Below, piece after piece: positions 35,671 to 49,047 of a DNA stretch of 64,000 bases; position 1 is the first letter of the stretch; each line of letters begins with the position of its first letter. The notes under the pieces are model-generated. The model worked only from the letters and a program-made list of their open reading frames with translations. It was not told the origin of the DNA and searched no databases. The DNA lies in assembly GCA_026770705.1 (NCBI GenBank), contig JANJGN010000005.1, positions 26,040,001 to 26,104,000 on the forward strand, in the 5' to 3' direction. The stretch comes from Isurus oxyrinchus. Its lineage: Eukaryota. A program made the position numbers and the translations under genes.

Positions 35671-36449
35671 CACTGCCAAATGCAAACTGCCAGTCCCCAT
35701 GGCGCCAGACCTTGACAAGAATTAGTTTCTTCAGTGAGGAAATGAGAAAAATGAGGAAACAAAACTATATAAGAGTTGACTTGACTTTTCATCAAGAGTA
35801 TTGAAGCCTAAATGTAAAATATGGAGTTTTGAAATTACAGTATATACACTTGCAAAACCAAAATGCAAATCGAAAGTACAGTAATCTAATAAGTAACCTT
35901 AAATACACGATAACTTTGTGCTATTTTCACTGCTGCTCCACATGTGCCCACCCCTTTAACATGGCTGCCGCACTCCCCTAAGAAAAGCTCTCCTCCCACC
36001 TCCAATCATTGGCCAACTCTAACTTACCTGGAAGTATTTCCATTGGCCTTGAAGTGCTACCCTTGAAGCTCTCTGAGGTTTGCATTTTACTTTCACAGCT
36101 CCCAAGCTCCCAACGCCTGTCAGCCGGGCACTTACATGTGTACGCTCTGCGCACACTGCAATCGCCGGCGCACCTTGTGGGCCTTCCCTGCTGCAGCAAC
36201 AGGCCAGACTGGAAGGCTGTGTGGGCCATGTGGCCCATGCACCAGGGTTTTCCCAGGTCTGCACCAGCACATACATACACATCACTAAATGAATGGCCTT
36301 CAAAGGATAACTAAACAGCATTGAGAAATTAACAGATGTTTCCATTGGTCATTTTCTTCTTCTCATTGGCAAAATTTCTCCTCTTTTATTGTAAGTTAGA
36401 AAAAAGAAAGACTTGACTTTATATACGCTTTTCACAACCACCAGACCTC

Positions 36450-37735
36450 TCATAGGAACACAAGACCAGGAGTAGGCCATTCGGCCCATTGAGCCTGCTC
36501 CACCATTCAATTAGATCATGGCTGATCATCTACCTCAATGCCACTTTCCCGCACACTCCCCATATCCCTTGATATCATTAGTCTCCAGCAATCTATCGAT
36601 TTTTGTCTTGAACATGCTCAGTGACTGATATGAATGATTCTACAGACCTCTGGGGTAGAGGATTCCAAAGCTTCATCACCCTCCAAGTGAAGAAATTCCT
36701 CCTCATCTCAGTCTTAAATGGCCTGCCCCTTAGTTTGAGACTGCGCCTTCTGGTTCTAGACTCACCAGCCCACATCCTACCTACATCCACCTTGTCATAT
36801 CATCTAAGAATTTTGTAAGTTTCAATGAGGTCATCTCTCATTCTTCAAAACTCTAGAGAATACATGTCCAGTTTCCCCAATCTCTCCTCATAAGCCAATC
36901 TCACCATCCCAAGGATTAGTCTGGTGAACCTCCACTGCACTCCCTCCATGGCAAGTAAAACTTCCCTTAGATAAGGAGGCCAAAGCTGTACACAATACTC
37001 CAGGTACGGTCTCACCAAGGCTCTATACAATTGCAGCAAGACATCTTTACTCCTTACTCCAATCCCCTTTGCAATGAAGGCAAACATACCATTTGCTTTC
37101 CTAATTGCTTGCTGCATCTACATGCTAGCTTCTAGTGACTCATGAACAAGGACACCCAGGTCCCTTTGGACATCAACACTTCCCAATCTCTGACCATTTA
37201 AGAAATATTCTGCCTTTCTGCGTTTTCCTACCAAATTGGATAACTTCACATTTATTCACATAACTTGGCCCCAGCACTGATCCTTGCAGCACCCCACTAG
37301 TAACAGCCTGCCATCCTGAGAATGACGCGTTTATTCCTACTCTGTTTCATGTCCACTAACCAACTCTCAATCCATACCAGGGTATTACCCACAATCCCAT
37401 GTGCTCCAATTTTCTTTGCTCACCTCTTGAGTGGGATCTTATCAAAAGCCTTCTGAAAATCCAAATGCACCACATCTCCTTTATCAAAGCTACAAGTAAC
37501 ATGCTCAAAACAACTCCAACAGGTTTGTCAAGTATGATTTTGCTTCCATAAATCCATGTTAACTCTGCCCAATCATACCATTATTTTCCAAATGTCTATT
37601 ATCACATTCATTATAATAGATTCTAACATTTTCCCTACTACTGGTGCCAAACTAACAGGTCTGTAGTTCTCTGTTTCCTCTCTCCATCCTTTCTTAAATA
37701 GTAGGGTTAGATTTGCTACTTCCCAGTCTGCAGGA
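36450..37735 (-). mobile_element. CR1 LINE fragment
   Basis: [19 protein letters not shown] and MRRNFFT peptides. 3' tail at 36450. Confidence 0.9.
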
Positions 37736-37744
37736 AGTGCTTTA

Positions 37745-38077
37745 CAACCAATGAGGTGCTAAGTGTTGACATTGCTGTAATATAGGACACGCAGCAGCCA
37801 CTTTGTGCACAGCAAGCAGTAATGCAATAATGATCAGATAATCTCTTTTAGTGATGCAGTTTGATGGATTAATAGTGGTCTGGACACCAGGGATAACTCT
37901 GCTGTTCTTCAAAATAAAGCCATGGGATCTTTTACATCCACCCAAGCAGGCAGATGGGGCCTCGGTTTAACAATTCACCTGAAAGATAACACCTCTGACA
38001 GTGAAGTGCTCCCTCAGTACTGCAAAGGACTATCAATCCTGAATTTTGTGTTCCAGCCCGAGTGTGAGACTTAAAAC
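37745..38077 (-). mobile_element. Deu-domain SINE
   Basis: The reverse complement contains GCAGTACTGAGGGAGCAC...TTAAACCGAGGCCCCATCTGCCTG...GGTGGATGTAAAAGATCCCATGGC, the Deu-domain core. Confidence 0.75.
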
Positions 38078-38084
38078 TAGCACT

Positions 38085-38815
38085 TCTAAATGGGGAGAGA
38101 AATCTGGAGTGCAAAGGGACTTGGGAGTTCTAGTCCAGGATTCTCTTAAGGTTAACTTGCAGGTTGAGTCGGTAGTTAGGAAGGTAAATGCAATGTTGGC
38201 ATTTATTTCGAGAGGACTAGAATATAAAAACAGGGATGTGCTGCTGAGGCTTTATTAGGCTCTGGTCAGACCACATTTAGAATATTGTGAGCAATTTTGG
38301 ACCCTGTATCTCAGGAAGGATGTGCTGGCCCTGGAGATGGTCCAGAGGACGTTCACGAGAATGATCCCAGGAATGAAAGGCTTAACATGTGAGTAACATT
38401 TGAGGACTCTGGGTCTACACTTGATGGAGATTAGAAGGATGAGGGGGTATCTGATTGAAACTTACAGAATACTGAAAGGCCTGGATAGAGTGGACGTGGG
38501 GAAGATGTTTCCATTAGTAGGAGAGACTAGGACCCGAGGGCACAGCCTCAGAGTAAAGGGAAGAGCTTTTAGAACAGAGATGAGGAGAAACTTCTTTAGC
38601 CAGAGAGTGGTGAATCTATGGAAGTCATTGTCACAGAAGGCTGTGGAGGCCAGGTCATTGAGTGTATTTAAGACGGAGATAGATAGGTTCTTGATTGGTA
38701 AGGGGATCAAAGGTTACAGGGAGAATGGGGTTGAGAAACTTATCAGCCATGATTGAATGGCAGAGCAGACTCGATGGGCCGAATGGCCTAATTTCTGCTC
38801 CCATGTCTTATGGTC
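38085..38815 (+). mobile_element. CR1 3' fragment
   Basis: VQRDLGVLV and MRRNFFSQRVVNLW peptides. Tail GGCCGAATGGCC...ATGTCTTATGGTCT. Confidence 0.9.
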
Positions 38816-38864
38816 TAACTTTGTGATTCAGAACAAGAGTGCTATTAACTGAGCCATAGCTGAC

Positions 38865-41356
38865 ACAGAAGTGGGAATAGAAGGGTAAGGAAGTCTTGCT
38901 GCAGATGTACAATGCCTCGATAAAAACCACACCTGGATTTGTCCAGTTTTGGTCTCCATACCTAAGGAAAGATACACTTGATTCACTAGCTTTATTTCTG
39001 GGACGAGAACATAAGAACATGAGAAGATTGTTCTTTGAGGAGGGATTGAGCAGATTGAGCCTATCCTCTCTGGAATTTAGAAGAATGAAAGGTGATCTCA
39101 TTGAAACGTATGAGAGTCTGAGAGGGTTTGGCAGGGTAGATGCTAAAACTAGTTTCCCTTGACAGGAGAATCTAGAACTAGGAAATAGTCACAGGATAAG
39201 GTGTCAGCCAATTAGAGCTTTTTTTAAATTCATTTACGGGATGTGTGTGTCGCTGGCTAGGCCAACCTTTATTGCCCATCCCTAATTACCCTTAAGAAGG
39301 CAGTGGTGAACTGTCTTCTTGAACCACTGCAGACCCACAGTGCTGTTAGGAAGGGAGTTCCACAATGTTGACCCAGCGACAGTGAAGGAACGGCGATATA
39401 TTTCCAAGTCAGGATGTTGAGTGGCTTGGAGGGGAACTTCCAGGTGTCTGTTGCCCTTGTCCTTCTAGATGGTAGTGGTTGTGGGTTTGGAAGGTGCTGT
39501 CTAAGGAGCCTTGGTGAATTCCTGCAGTGCGTCTTGTAGATGGTACACGCTGCTGCTACTGTTCGTCGATGATGGAGGGAGTGGACGTTTGTGGATGGAG
39601 TGCCAATCAAGCAGCCTGCTTTGTACTGGACAGTATCAAGCTTCTTGAATGTTGTTGGAACTGCACTCATCCAGGCAAGTGGGGAGTATTCCATCACACT
39701 CCTGACTTATGCCTTGTAGATGGTGGACAGGCTTTGGGGAGTCAAGGGGTGAGTTACTCTTTGCAGGATTTCTAGCCTCTGACCTGCTCTTGTAGCCACA
39801 ATATTTATATGGCTAGTCCAGTTCAGTTTCTAGTCAATAGTAAACTCCAAGATGTTGACAGTGGAGGATTCAGAGATGCTAATGCCATTGAACGTCAAGG
39901 GGTGATGGTTAGATCCTCTCTTGCTGGAGGTGTCATTGCCTGACACTTGTGTGGCACAAATCTTACTTGCCACTTGTCAGCCCAAGCCTGGATATTGTCC
40001 AGGTCTTGCTGCAGGTGTACATGGACTGCTTCAGGATCTGAGGAGTAGAAAATGATGTTGAACATTGTGCAATCATCAGTGAACATCCCCACTTCTGACC
40101 TTATGATGGAAGGAAGGTCATCGATGAAGCAAATGAAGATGGTTGGGCCAAGGACACTACCCTGAGGAACTCCTGCAGTGATGTCCTGGAACTGAGATGA
40201 TTGACCTCAAACAACGACAACCATCTTCCCTTGTGCTAGGTGTGACTCCAACCAGTGGAGAGTTTTCCCCCTGATTCCCATTGACTCCAGTTTTGCTATG
40301 GCACCTTGATGCCACACTTGTTCAAATGCTGCCTTGATGTCAAGGGCTGTCCCTCTCACTTCACCTCAGGAGTTCAGCTCTTATGTCCATATTTGAACCA
40401 AGGCTGTAATGAGGTTAGAAGCTGAGTGACCCCGGCGGAACCCAAACTGAGCATCAGTGAGCAGGTTATTGCTAAGCAAGTGCTGCCTGATAGCACTTTT
40501 GATGACCCCTTCCATCACTTTACTGATGATCGAGAGTAGACTGAGGAGCAGTAATTGACTAAATTGGATTTGTCCTGCTTTTTGTGTACAGGACATACCT
40601 GAGCAATTTTCCGCATAGCTGGCAAGTTGCTAGTGTCGTAGCTGTACTGGAGCAGCTTGGCTAGAGGCACGGCAAGTTCTGGAGCACAAGTCTTCAAATT
40701 GCCAGAATATTATCAGGCCCATAGCCTTTGCAGTATCCAGTGCCTTCAGCTGTTTCTCGACAATATGTGGAGTGAATCGAATTGGCTGAAGACTGGCATC
40801 TGTGATGCTGGGGACCTCTGGAGGAGGCTGAGATGGATCATCCACTCGACATTTCTGGCTGAAGATTGTTGCAAATGCTTCAGCCTTATCTTTTGCGCTG
40901 CTGCGCTGGGCTCCTCCATAATTGATGATGGGGATATTTGTGGAACCTCCTCCTCCAGTGAGTTGTTTAATTGTCCACCACCATTCACAACTGGATGTGG
41001 CAGGACTGCAGAACTACATCTGATCTGTTGGTTGTGGATTTCGCTAAGCTCCATCTATCACTTGCTGCTTATGCCATCTAGCACACCAGTAATCCTGTGT
41101 TCTAGCTTCACTGAGAACTGAGATGAGGAAAATTTTCTTTACTCAGAAGGTTGTGAATCTTTGGAATTCTCCACCCTAGGGGGCTGTGAATGCTCAGGCG
41201 TTGAGCACATTTGAGGCCGAGATCAATAGATTTTTGGACCTTAAAGGAATCAAGGAATATGGAGATAGGGCAGGAAAACAGAGGTCAAAGATCAGCCATG
41301 ACCTTAATGAATGACTCAAGAAGGTATATGGCCTACTCCTGCTCATATTTCTTCTG
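38865..41356 (+). mobile_element. CR1 3' fragment split by a LINE B insertion (38865-39218 plus 41112-41356)
   Basis: [11 protein letters not shown]... up to 39218, resuming at GAACTGAGATGAGGAAAATTTTC near 41115. Confidence 0.8.
39219..41110 (-). mobile_element. LINE family B copy nested in CR1
   Basis: KTCAPELAVPLAKL, AQFGFRRGHSA, FTDD and EYSPLAWMSA peptides. T-run (poly-A) at 39219. Confidence 0.92.
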
Positions 41357-41509
41357 TGGATATGTTCCCCATGTCCCCTGAAGGAATTTAGTCATAGCTG
41401 GGTTATAGTTCCAAAGGTATCACTTGCCATCCAGCACTTTTGTTTGTCACCTAAGTATCCGATATATTTGAATAAGCTTTAATTTGAATAAGCATTTAAC
41501 TGATGGTTA

Positions 41510-42030
41510 TATCTGGTCAGCTCATTACAGAAAGGATGTAATTGCATTAGAGAGGGTACAGAGGAGATTTACGAGGATGTTGCCAGGACTGGAAAATTGC
41601 AGCTATGAGGAAAGATTGGATAGGCTGGGATTGTTCTCCTTGGGACAGAGGAGGCCGAGGGGAGATTTGATTGTGAGGGGCCTGGATAGAGTGGATGAGA
41701 AGGGCCTATTTACCTTAGCAGAGAGGTTAGTGACTAGGGGGCATAAATTTAAAGTGATTGGTAGAAAGATTAGAGGGGAGACGAGGATTTTTCTTTCACC
41801 CAGAGGGTTGAGGGGGTGTGGAACTCACTGTCTGAAAGGGTAATGGAGGCAGAAACCCTCAGTTCAGTTAAAAGGTGTCTAGATATGCACCTCAAGTCAC
41901 GTAACCTGCAGGGCTATGGGGACCAAATGCTGGAAAGTGGGATTTGGCCATGCAGCTCATTTTTATGCCAGTGCAGACATGATCGGCCAAGCGGCATCTT
42001 TCTGTGCTGTGAACTCTCCATGATTCTATA
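41510..42030 (+). mobile_element. CR1 3' fragment
   Basis: YRKDVIALERVQRRFTRMLPGL. Confidence 0.88.
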
Positions 42031-43869
42031 TCACAGCCACTGCTGACTTTGCCCTCACCAATTATCGCACAAACTTACAGCAATCAGGAATAGGCATCCT
42101 TTTTCCCTTCCTAACCCACAAGGGTCAGAACCATCTTAGTGCCATCTCAGTTGAGAACAGTTTATTTAGCATGGGGATCTATCATCTATGTTTTTTTTTG
42201 TGAAGGAACCGTCGAGAAACAAAGCAACTCCTTTTCATCATGTGTCAGGGGCATGTAGCAAGCTAACAGCTTTTTTCTCCAAAAACATAGGAGCCTGAGG
42301 AGATCTGCCTCAGAAAGTGTCTGCTGTTACATATTGTCTGTAACATGCATCTCTTTCTCTACCTACATTTTTCTATATGCCTCTATGCGTTTAGGGAAGA
42401 GATTTCAGTGCTTCAGAATTAACCAATTAATTTTTATTTCCTTTGCACACAGTGACCATACTCCGCTCAGTAGGCAGGTTGGTGCAGCCATCTGCGCACA
42501 CTCCAACCTCCAGAGCACTCTCCCACTAAACATGTGACTTTTCCATTCCCTACACCATCTGGATTATTGAGCTCAGCGAAGGTTAATCATTTTCAGATCC
42601 ACTGGGATTCTGCAGTAAGAAAGTATTGAAGCACCAAATTCCACAGCACGCAACAGTTACAATCTAAAGGGAAAATTTGCTGAAAACAGTGATTCATTTC
42701 ACAGTTTGCACTGCCACTGTTGGAATTACAAAGCAGGTTCTCTGTTCCTGTAGCTTTCTGCCAAACCCCTCCACCAGCTGACTACATTTAACTGTATGTG
42801 GTTAGGAATGTAAGAAGGCACAGAAAAAGAAAGCCCTCTCCTTCAGACAGACCGTTCGCAATTTTCATCTCCATGAGCCTCCCTAACTTTTGTTTGCATT
42901 TTGCGGTGAACTTTTGTGTCCAAAGTGAGGAAAATGAATGCAAAGAATAGAACATGTTCCTATCTCTTATACCCCAGTAGCAGCATGATAAGGCAGAGAA
43001 TCTCTCTGCACAAAAACATCTGACGCATTCTCCTGCATCTTCCCATTGCTCATACCAGCCACTGCTATGGTTTTCCAAGATCTTCCACAGGTATTTGGTA
43101 ATGTTTCCAGTTACCAGGCTGTTCTGTGAATCCTACAGACCCTCCACATCTGACTATCACCGAAGTAGGGAGCTGTCAGCCTCATGCTGCTTTCTGACGC
43201 CACTGCTCTGGTTTCAGACCAATTGTGATCTTGTTTCACCAAAACAGAGCAGAGGCTCAAAGGAAGCACAGGGCAATTCCTGAAAACACACTATTGGCCT
43301 GAATACTGAGTCTGTGACCATCTTGGTTCACTACATGTGTAAGTCCAGACCATTAATACTGAAAAATGGCAGCTAACATGCATAGCAGAATCAGTGAATG
43401 TTTCAAAGAAACTCTCTTGGCCTACATCAATTCTGTAGGTCTGCTTTACTGTTTATCTGTTGAAGCAATCATTTAAAATAATTCCCTTCAACACTGGCCA
43501 TTCTCCACTGTATTCACACCAAGACTTGGCTCTGCATTTAATTCTGTCATTAATTTCAAACACTGATTGAACGATAGATCAAATGTTTATTGTTGTTTTA
43601 ATGTTATGGCAGATGTCTGGCAGCTTCTTTACCACTGATAAACTCTGTTCTGATCCTCCTTCACACAAGGCCTCCCAGAGTTTTGAATATTAAATGGCCC
43701 CCATTGCCCTTGACATTCTATTCAACCCCAAACAGAGTTTTTCACATTCTTCACATCGCAAAGACTGCTTGCTTCCAGCTCTATGTTATTCATCTGCAAC
43801 CCGACTTCAGCCCATCTGCTACACAAGCCCTTAACTAGAACCATGATGATGGCGTCCGTGCATTTCAGA

Positions 43870-44255
43870 TAGAAAGAGGCCATTCAGTTCGTCTTGTCTG
43901 TGCCAGCTCTCTCATCTTGCCGAGTCTCACTCCCCTACCTTTCTCCCATAGCCCCGAAAATTGTATTCTCTTCAAATAATTATCTAATGCTTTTTTGAAA
44001 ACCATGATTGAATTTGCCTCCACCACGTTTTCAGGCAGTGTATTCCAGATCCGAACCACTCTGTGAAAAAAGGTTTTCCTCATGTCACCGTTGTTTCTTT
44101 TGCCAATCAGCTTAAATCGGTGCCCTGTGGCTCTCGATCCTTCCACCAATGGGAATAGTTTCCCCCTAGCTGCTCTGTCCAGACCCTGCATCGTTTTGAG
44201 CATCTCTATCAAATCTCCTCACAACCTTCTCTTCTCCAAGGAGACAGCCCCTGCT
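43870..44255 (-). mobile_element. CR1 3' fragment
   Basis: KLFPLVEGSRATGHRFK...RVVRIWNTLPE. Confidence 0.85.
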
Positions 44256-44349
44256 TCGCACAACTCAAGTAGACTTTGGTCACCTTGGCCTTGGCTTTTC
44301 CAATGTTCCCATCCTTCATAAGCTCCAGCTTAACTAAACCTCTACCTTG

Positions 44350-44790
44350 TTCCACACCAAGTCCGGTTCACTCATCACCCCTGTGCTCGCTGACCTACAT
44401 TGGCTTCCAGGTCATCAACGTCTCACTTTTAAAATCTAACTTTTGTGTTTAAATCCCTTCACGTCCTTGTCTCTTCCTGTCTTTACAAATGACCCAAACT
44501 CTCCATTCCCCTAACTCTGACCTCTTGTGCAAAGCTTTCTCCCTTTTGCCTGACCATTAGTGGATGTACCTTCATCCTTACCCTATGGAGATCTATCATT
44601 AATCCCTCCCACTAACGCTTCAAACCCACTCTCCCTTTGAGACACTCCTTAAGCCCTGACTCTTTGACCAAGCCTTTGATCGCTTCTCCTAATATCACCT
44701 TCTTTGGCTCGCCATGCATTCTTGCCCAATATTGCCTTTGTGGAACACTTTAGGACTTTTCTGTATGTTAAAATATGCTTGATAATGCAA
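44350..44790 (+). mobile_element. L2-clade LINE 3' fragment
   Basis: CTCATCACCCCTGTGCTCGCTGACCTACATTGGCTTCCA encodes ITPVLADLHWLP, an L2 signature. Confidence 0.7.
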
Positions 44791-45359
44791 GCTGTTGACT
44801 TTGCAGCTTTAAAATTTGCTACTTCAAGGATTAATGAGAGTTACCCTGAACCCATCAGCCAGGTGAGTTCATTCTTCATATGGAAGCCCTAACATTAGTC
44901 ATTCCACAAACAAATAAGTACACTTTCCAGCAGGGGGCACTGATAGTCGCCAAGAACTGGAGAATAGGTCATTTTCACCTCCTTAGCCCAGGGACCTTGT
45001 GATCAACTATAGTTGCGACTGGCACTTCAGCTAATTCAGAATAGAGTGGGTGGAGATTAAGCTTGAGGCATACATGGTCTCTGAAGCTTGTGTGTTTCAT
45101 TTCTTTTACAACACTGGCAAAAATTCCCCATCGTTACAGCCTGTGCAGCATGATACAGTCCCACAGTGCTGTGGGTTTTCTAAAATTGCCCATTCTTCTC
45201 TCCTTACCTAAAGATGCAGCGTTGTCAGAGATATCCCAAGCCTGGTTATGAAGAAGATACTGAGACCAGGATGCTTTGGGAGAGACTGTTTATTTCTCAC
45301 CACAGAGCTTACTTCTCCACTCTGACACCAGACACCCAGTGCTGGCTGACTCTTCTTTA

Positions 45360-46021
45360 TATACATAAGTCATTAAAGGTGGCAGGACAGGTTGAGAGTG
45401 TGTTTAGTAAAGCATACAGTGTCCTAGGCTTTATTAATAGAGGCATAGAGTACAAGAGCAAGGGGGTTATGCTGAACTTGTAAAGAACACTAGTTAAACT
45501 TCAGCTAGAGTATTGTGTACAGTTCTGGGCAGTTCTAGGAAGGATGTGAATGCATTGGAGAAATTGCAGAAGAGGTTTACAAGAATGGTTCCAGGGATGA
45601 GAAACTTCAGTTATGAGGATAGATTGGAGAGGTTGGGACTGTTCTCCTTGGAGAGGAGAAGGCTAAGAGGAGATTTGATAGAAGTATTCAAAATCATGAG
45701 AGGGCTGGATAGAGTAGATAGAGAGAAACTGATCCTGCTCACAAAAGGATCGAGAACAAGAGGGCACCATTTAAGGTGCAAGAAGCAAATCTGATGTGAG
45801 AAAAACCTTTTTCACACAACGAGTGGTTCAGGTCTGAAATGCACTGCCTGGAAGTGCTGGAAGTGTGGTGGAGGCATTAGATGATTATTTAAACAGAAGC
45901 AATGTGCAGGGTTATGGGGAAAAGGCAGAAGAATGGCACTGAGTCATAATGCTCATTCGGAGAGCCAGTGCAGGCATGATGGGATGAATGGCTGCCTCCT
46001 GTACTGTAACAATTCTGTGAT
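45360..46021 (+). mobile_element. CR1 3' fragment
   Basis: KAYSVLGFINRGIEYKS and QKRFTRMVPGMRNFSYEDRL. Confidence 0.88.
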
Positions 46022-48436
46022 AACACATTTGTTCTTAATTAACTAAACATTACCCAACACCTGCTCACTTTATCACCTTAAACTATTGGGTATTTAACAT
46101 CCAAACAGAACCCATTAGATACTAACAAGCCTTAAGTGGTGAATTATTCTCTTGGAGCCAGCAGGTCTCTGGTTCCTTGCGTTGGACCAATCTTCAGGAA
46201 TGATTCAAGGGAATGGTGGTCATTTTAACTTGGGTTGATAATGTAAACTGGGCCGTCTCAAATCAGCTGTCCATTATACATCTCACCTGAGTTTAGTTTC
46301 CAATGTGTAACCGGAAGCTTGGCACTTCCGCCCAAAATCAGAACTACCCAGTGTGTTGTTGGCTATTCTACCCAGAGATTCAACCTTCAGAGTTGAGCCC
46401 AATTCAGTCCTCCACCCTTTCTCAGAGAAATTATTAAGTAGCCATCAGAAGCATGGCTATGTTTCCATTTGTAAGGAATGCTAAGGGCAATTATGTCAGT
46501 TGATGTCCAAGTGAAAATTACATTTGGGGCCATTATTTTAATTGTGGGTGAGTGGGTTGTGAAGTGAGTTGGGAACTCTTCTGCTGTTCCAGAAATAAAG
46601 CTTGGGTTGTCTCAACTTGGATCTCATTTAAAACCAACCGGCCGACTTCCCATCAGCAACAGCTGGAAAGTTGGAAGAAAGCAGCAGTCCAGAGGCTGCC
46701 CGCCAATGTGTGGTAGCAGGAATTTCATATTCAGGAAGGGCAAGGGGGTGGTGGATATGTCATTCGAGGCAAGGTAGACATAAGCTTTCCTGACGGGTAC
46801 TAGGGGTAGTGTTCTTACTCCACCCGCCCTCTGAAAGGAGAGGAAATAAAAAAACGCAACTGTTTTCAACCTCAGCTTCTCCCTGGAAGATTCTGACCAA
46901 CTTTCAACTGATGGCAAACCTGTGGTGACTTCACCAAGCAGGCCTCGGGTAACATGGACATCAGTGGGATCCTTCCTCTTCAGGTGGATGTAGATTAACA
47001 TCTAGAAGGAAGGGATCCGGTGAATTTTCAGCTATTAAGTAACCTCAACAAATTTAACTGTCAACTCCAATTCCTTCCCAAACCCCATACTCTGACCTTT
47101 TAATCTCCAGATAGCCACTGTCAGTTAATGAACTGACAACTCACAGTGGCTGGGATTTAAAGTTGATCAGTGATAGAAACTAAGGAACTCAATTTCGAAT
47201 GTATTAATATAGCTCATTCCTTTGTTTTGATAATTTAATATTGATGTATAAAACATATATCTGTGCAAGAAAGTGGGTTATTATGCATGGGTTGCAGGAA
47301 TGTGACCTCTAAAGGTGACCGAATAAAAGTGTGAACCATTAAGCCACCTACACTCTGGTTCGAACCAAACCATCCAGGTTTTAAGTGGAGTGTCTGGAAA
47401 ACTCAAAAATATGAACAGGATTTATCTGTAGCCTGATATTTAATGTTGAAATCTACGTTTCCAACTTACTTTAGTGTCCTATAGTCATGTGATGATCTTA
47501 GCTCTGAGTGCTACAACAATTACTTCAATCAATTTTCATTAGCGGCAAATCAAACGTCAGAATTCAAGTCAAAATTCCATTCCTTGCCTTGCCCCAATCC
47601 TATCACTCTTTTGATTTAATAATAGCAAATACCTGGTGATGCTGAGCTGAATCACAAACTCGGTAGCTGGGAAGATTCCATGCCAATGTTCACTTGTTGG
47701 CACTGGATCAAAAAGCTTTGATTCAACTGGAACGCGTACACACAATAGTAGCAATTGTATAAATTCGTGGTCCAGGGCACTAGTGTGGATGGACAATCCC
47801 ACAGGATTACTGACCTCCATGTGCTAACTCTGGCTATGCACTCCCTGAAATGTGCATTTGTAAAATCGACCCTCTTTTTGTTTTTGCTCAGTAAACGTGC
47901 CCTGGTTTATTATTTTGTATTGTTGCTTTATTTTATATTGGCTTCATTTTAAAATTGAAACAAAGTTGTTTCAAAGCAAACCCAGGATTATTTATTTGTG
48001 GACAGAATGTAGGCAACATCAGCCAGGTTGGATTTATTGTCTGTCCCGAGTTACCCTGAGGTGTTACAATCCTTGTGATGGCGATGGTGATCCAACGTGA
48101 TGGGTGTTGTGTTCAATTGTTCTGTGTTTGATTATGTGAATCTGTCTATAATTGACGTTCACTGTGCTTGGTTGGTTAAACTTGGGTGTGGACTCAGAGG
48201 AAAGTAAACAAACTATGGAAAGAGCTGGAAGCTTGAGCGGAAGCACATAGCTGACATTTTAAAACACTGTGTATAAAACTCGTTACATCCAAAAGAAACT
48301 AATGCCATTTCCGCATAGACCTGAGATATAAAATATAGTGCTGGGAATTCCAGAATTTGACCCTCTTATCTGCAAGATGGCACCTCCAACGTAACTCACT
48401 GAAATGTCAGCCTAGATTGAGAACCCAAATCTCTGT

Positions 48437-48660
48437 TGTAATATGTCTTTAAGGGATTTCAGCTTGACATCACTCAAAGGGAAATGTGTCATGTGATCCA
48501 GTCTTTGCTTCACTTTTGCTTTGAGCTTTATACCTATGTATAACTGTTCTCGTGTGCTTAATCATAATAAATGAACATGGTTACCTAATCCCTTGTGAGC
48601 GATTGGTGCCTTGTGTCTTGTACAGTAAATAAACCCAAAGATTATATCATTACAATAACA
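48437..48660 (+). mobile_element. Possible solo LTR inserted in a Deu-SINE fragment
   Basis: TGTAAT...ATTACA termini with internal AATAAA. The flanks (48365-48435 and ~48672-48750) join into SINE sequence. Confidence 0.4.
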
Positions 48661-49047
48661 TGACATGGTGATCTGTGGTGTGGACTGGAGCTCAAGTCCA
48701 CACTCATGTGATTCAGAGGTAAGCGTGCTACCATCAAGCCTAGGTTGATACTGAATTATTGAAGACCTATGAAGGCACTATTGATAATTCCTTCTGTCAC
48801 TTAACTGATAATTGGCAGACAACAGATAGGATAGTAATTGGACAGTTAGAAAAATACCTGTTTTCTGTGAATTTTTCACATTATCGGAGAGATGCCAGTA
48901 TTGTTTCTGTACTGGAATAGCTAGGGGGTTAGCTAGTTAGAGTATGCAGAATTGGATGTGGTAGGAGTACAGAGCTTTGCTCTGAACCATTCATTAAGGG
49001 ACCATTTAGCTCTGGGGGTTTTGGCATTCAATATACAAATGTACAAA

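Noticed and set aside
36200-36262. hAT-like terminal sequence
   Set aside because: Only one degenerate end is recognisable, with no matching TIR or 8-bp TSD.
48062-48287. TG...CA-bounded segment resembling a solo LTR
   Set aside because: No TSD or other LTR hallmark is visible, so support is insufficient.
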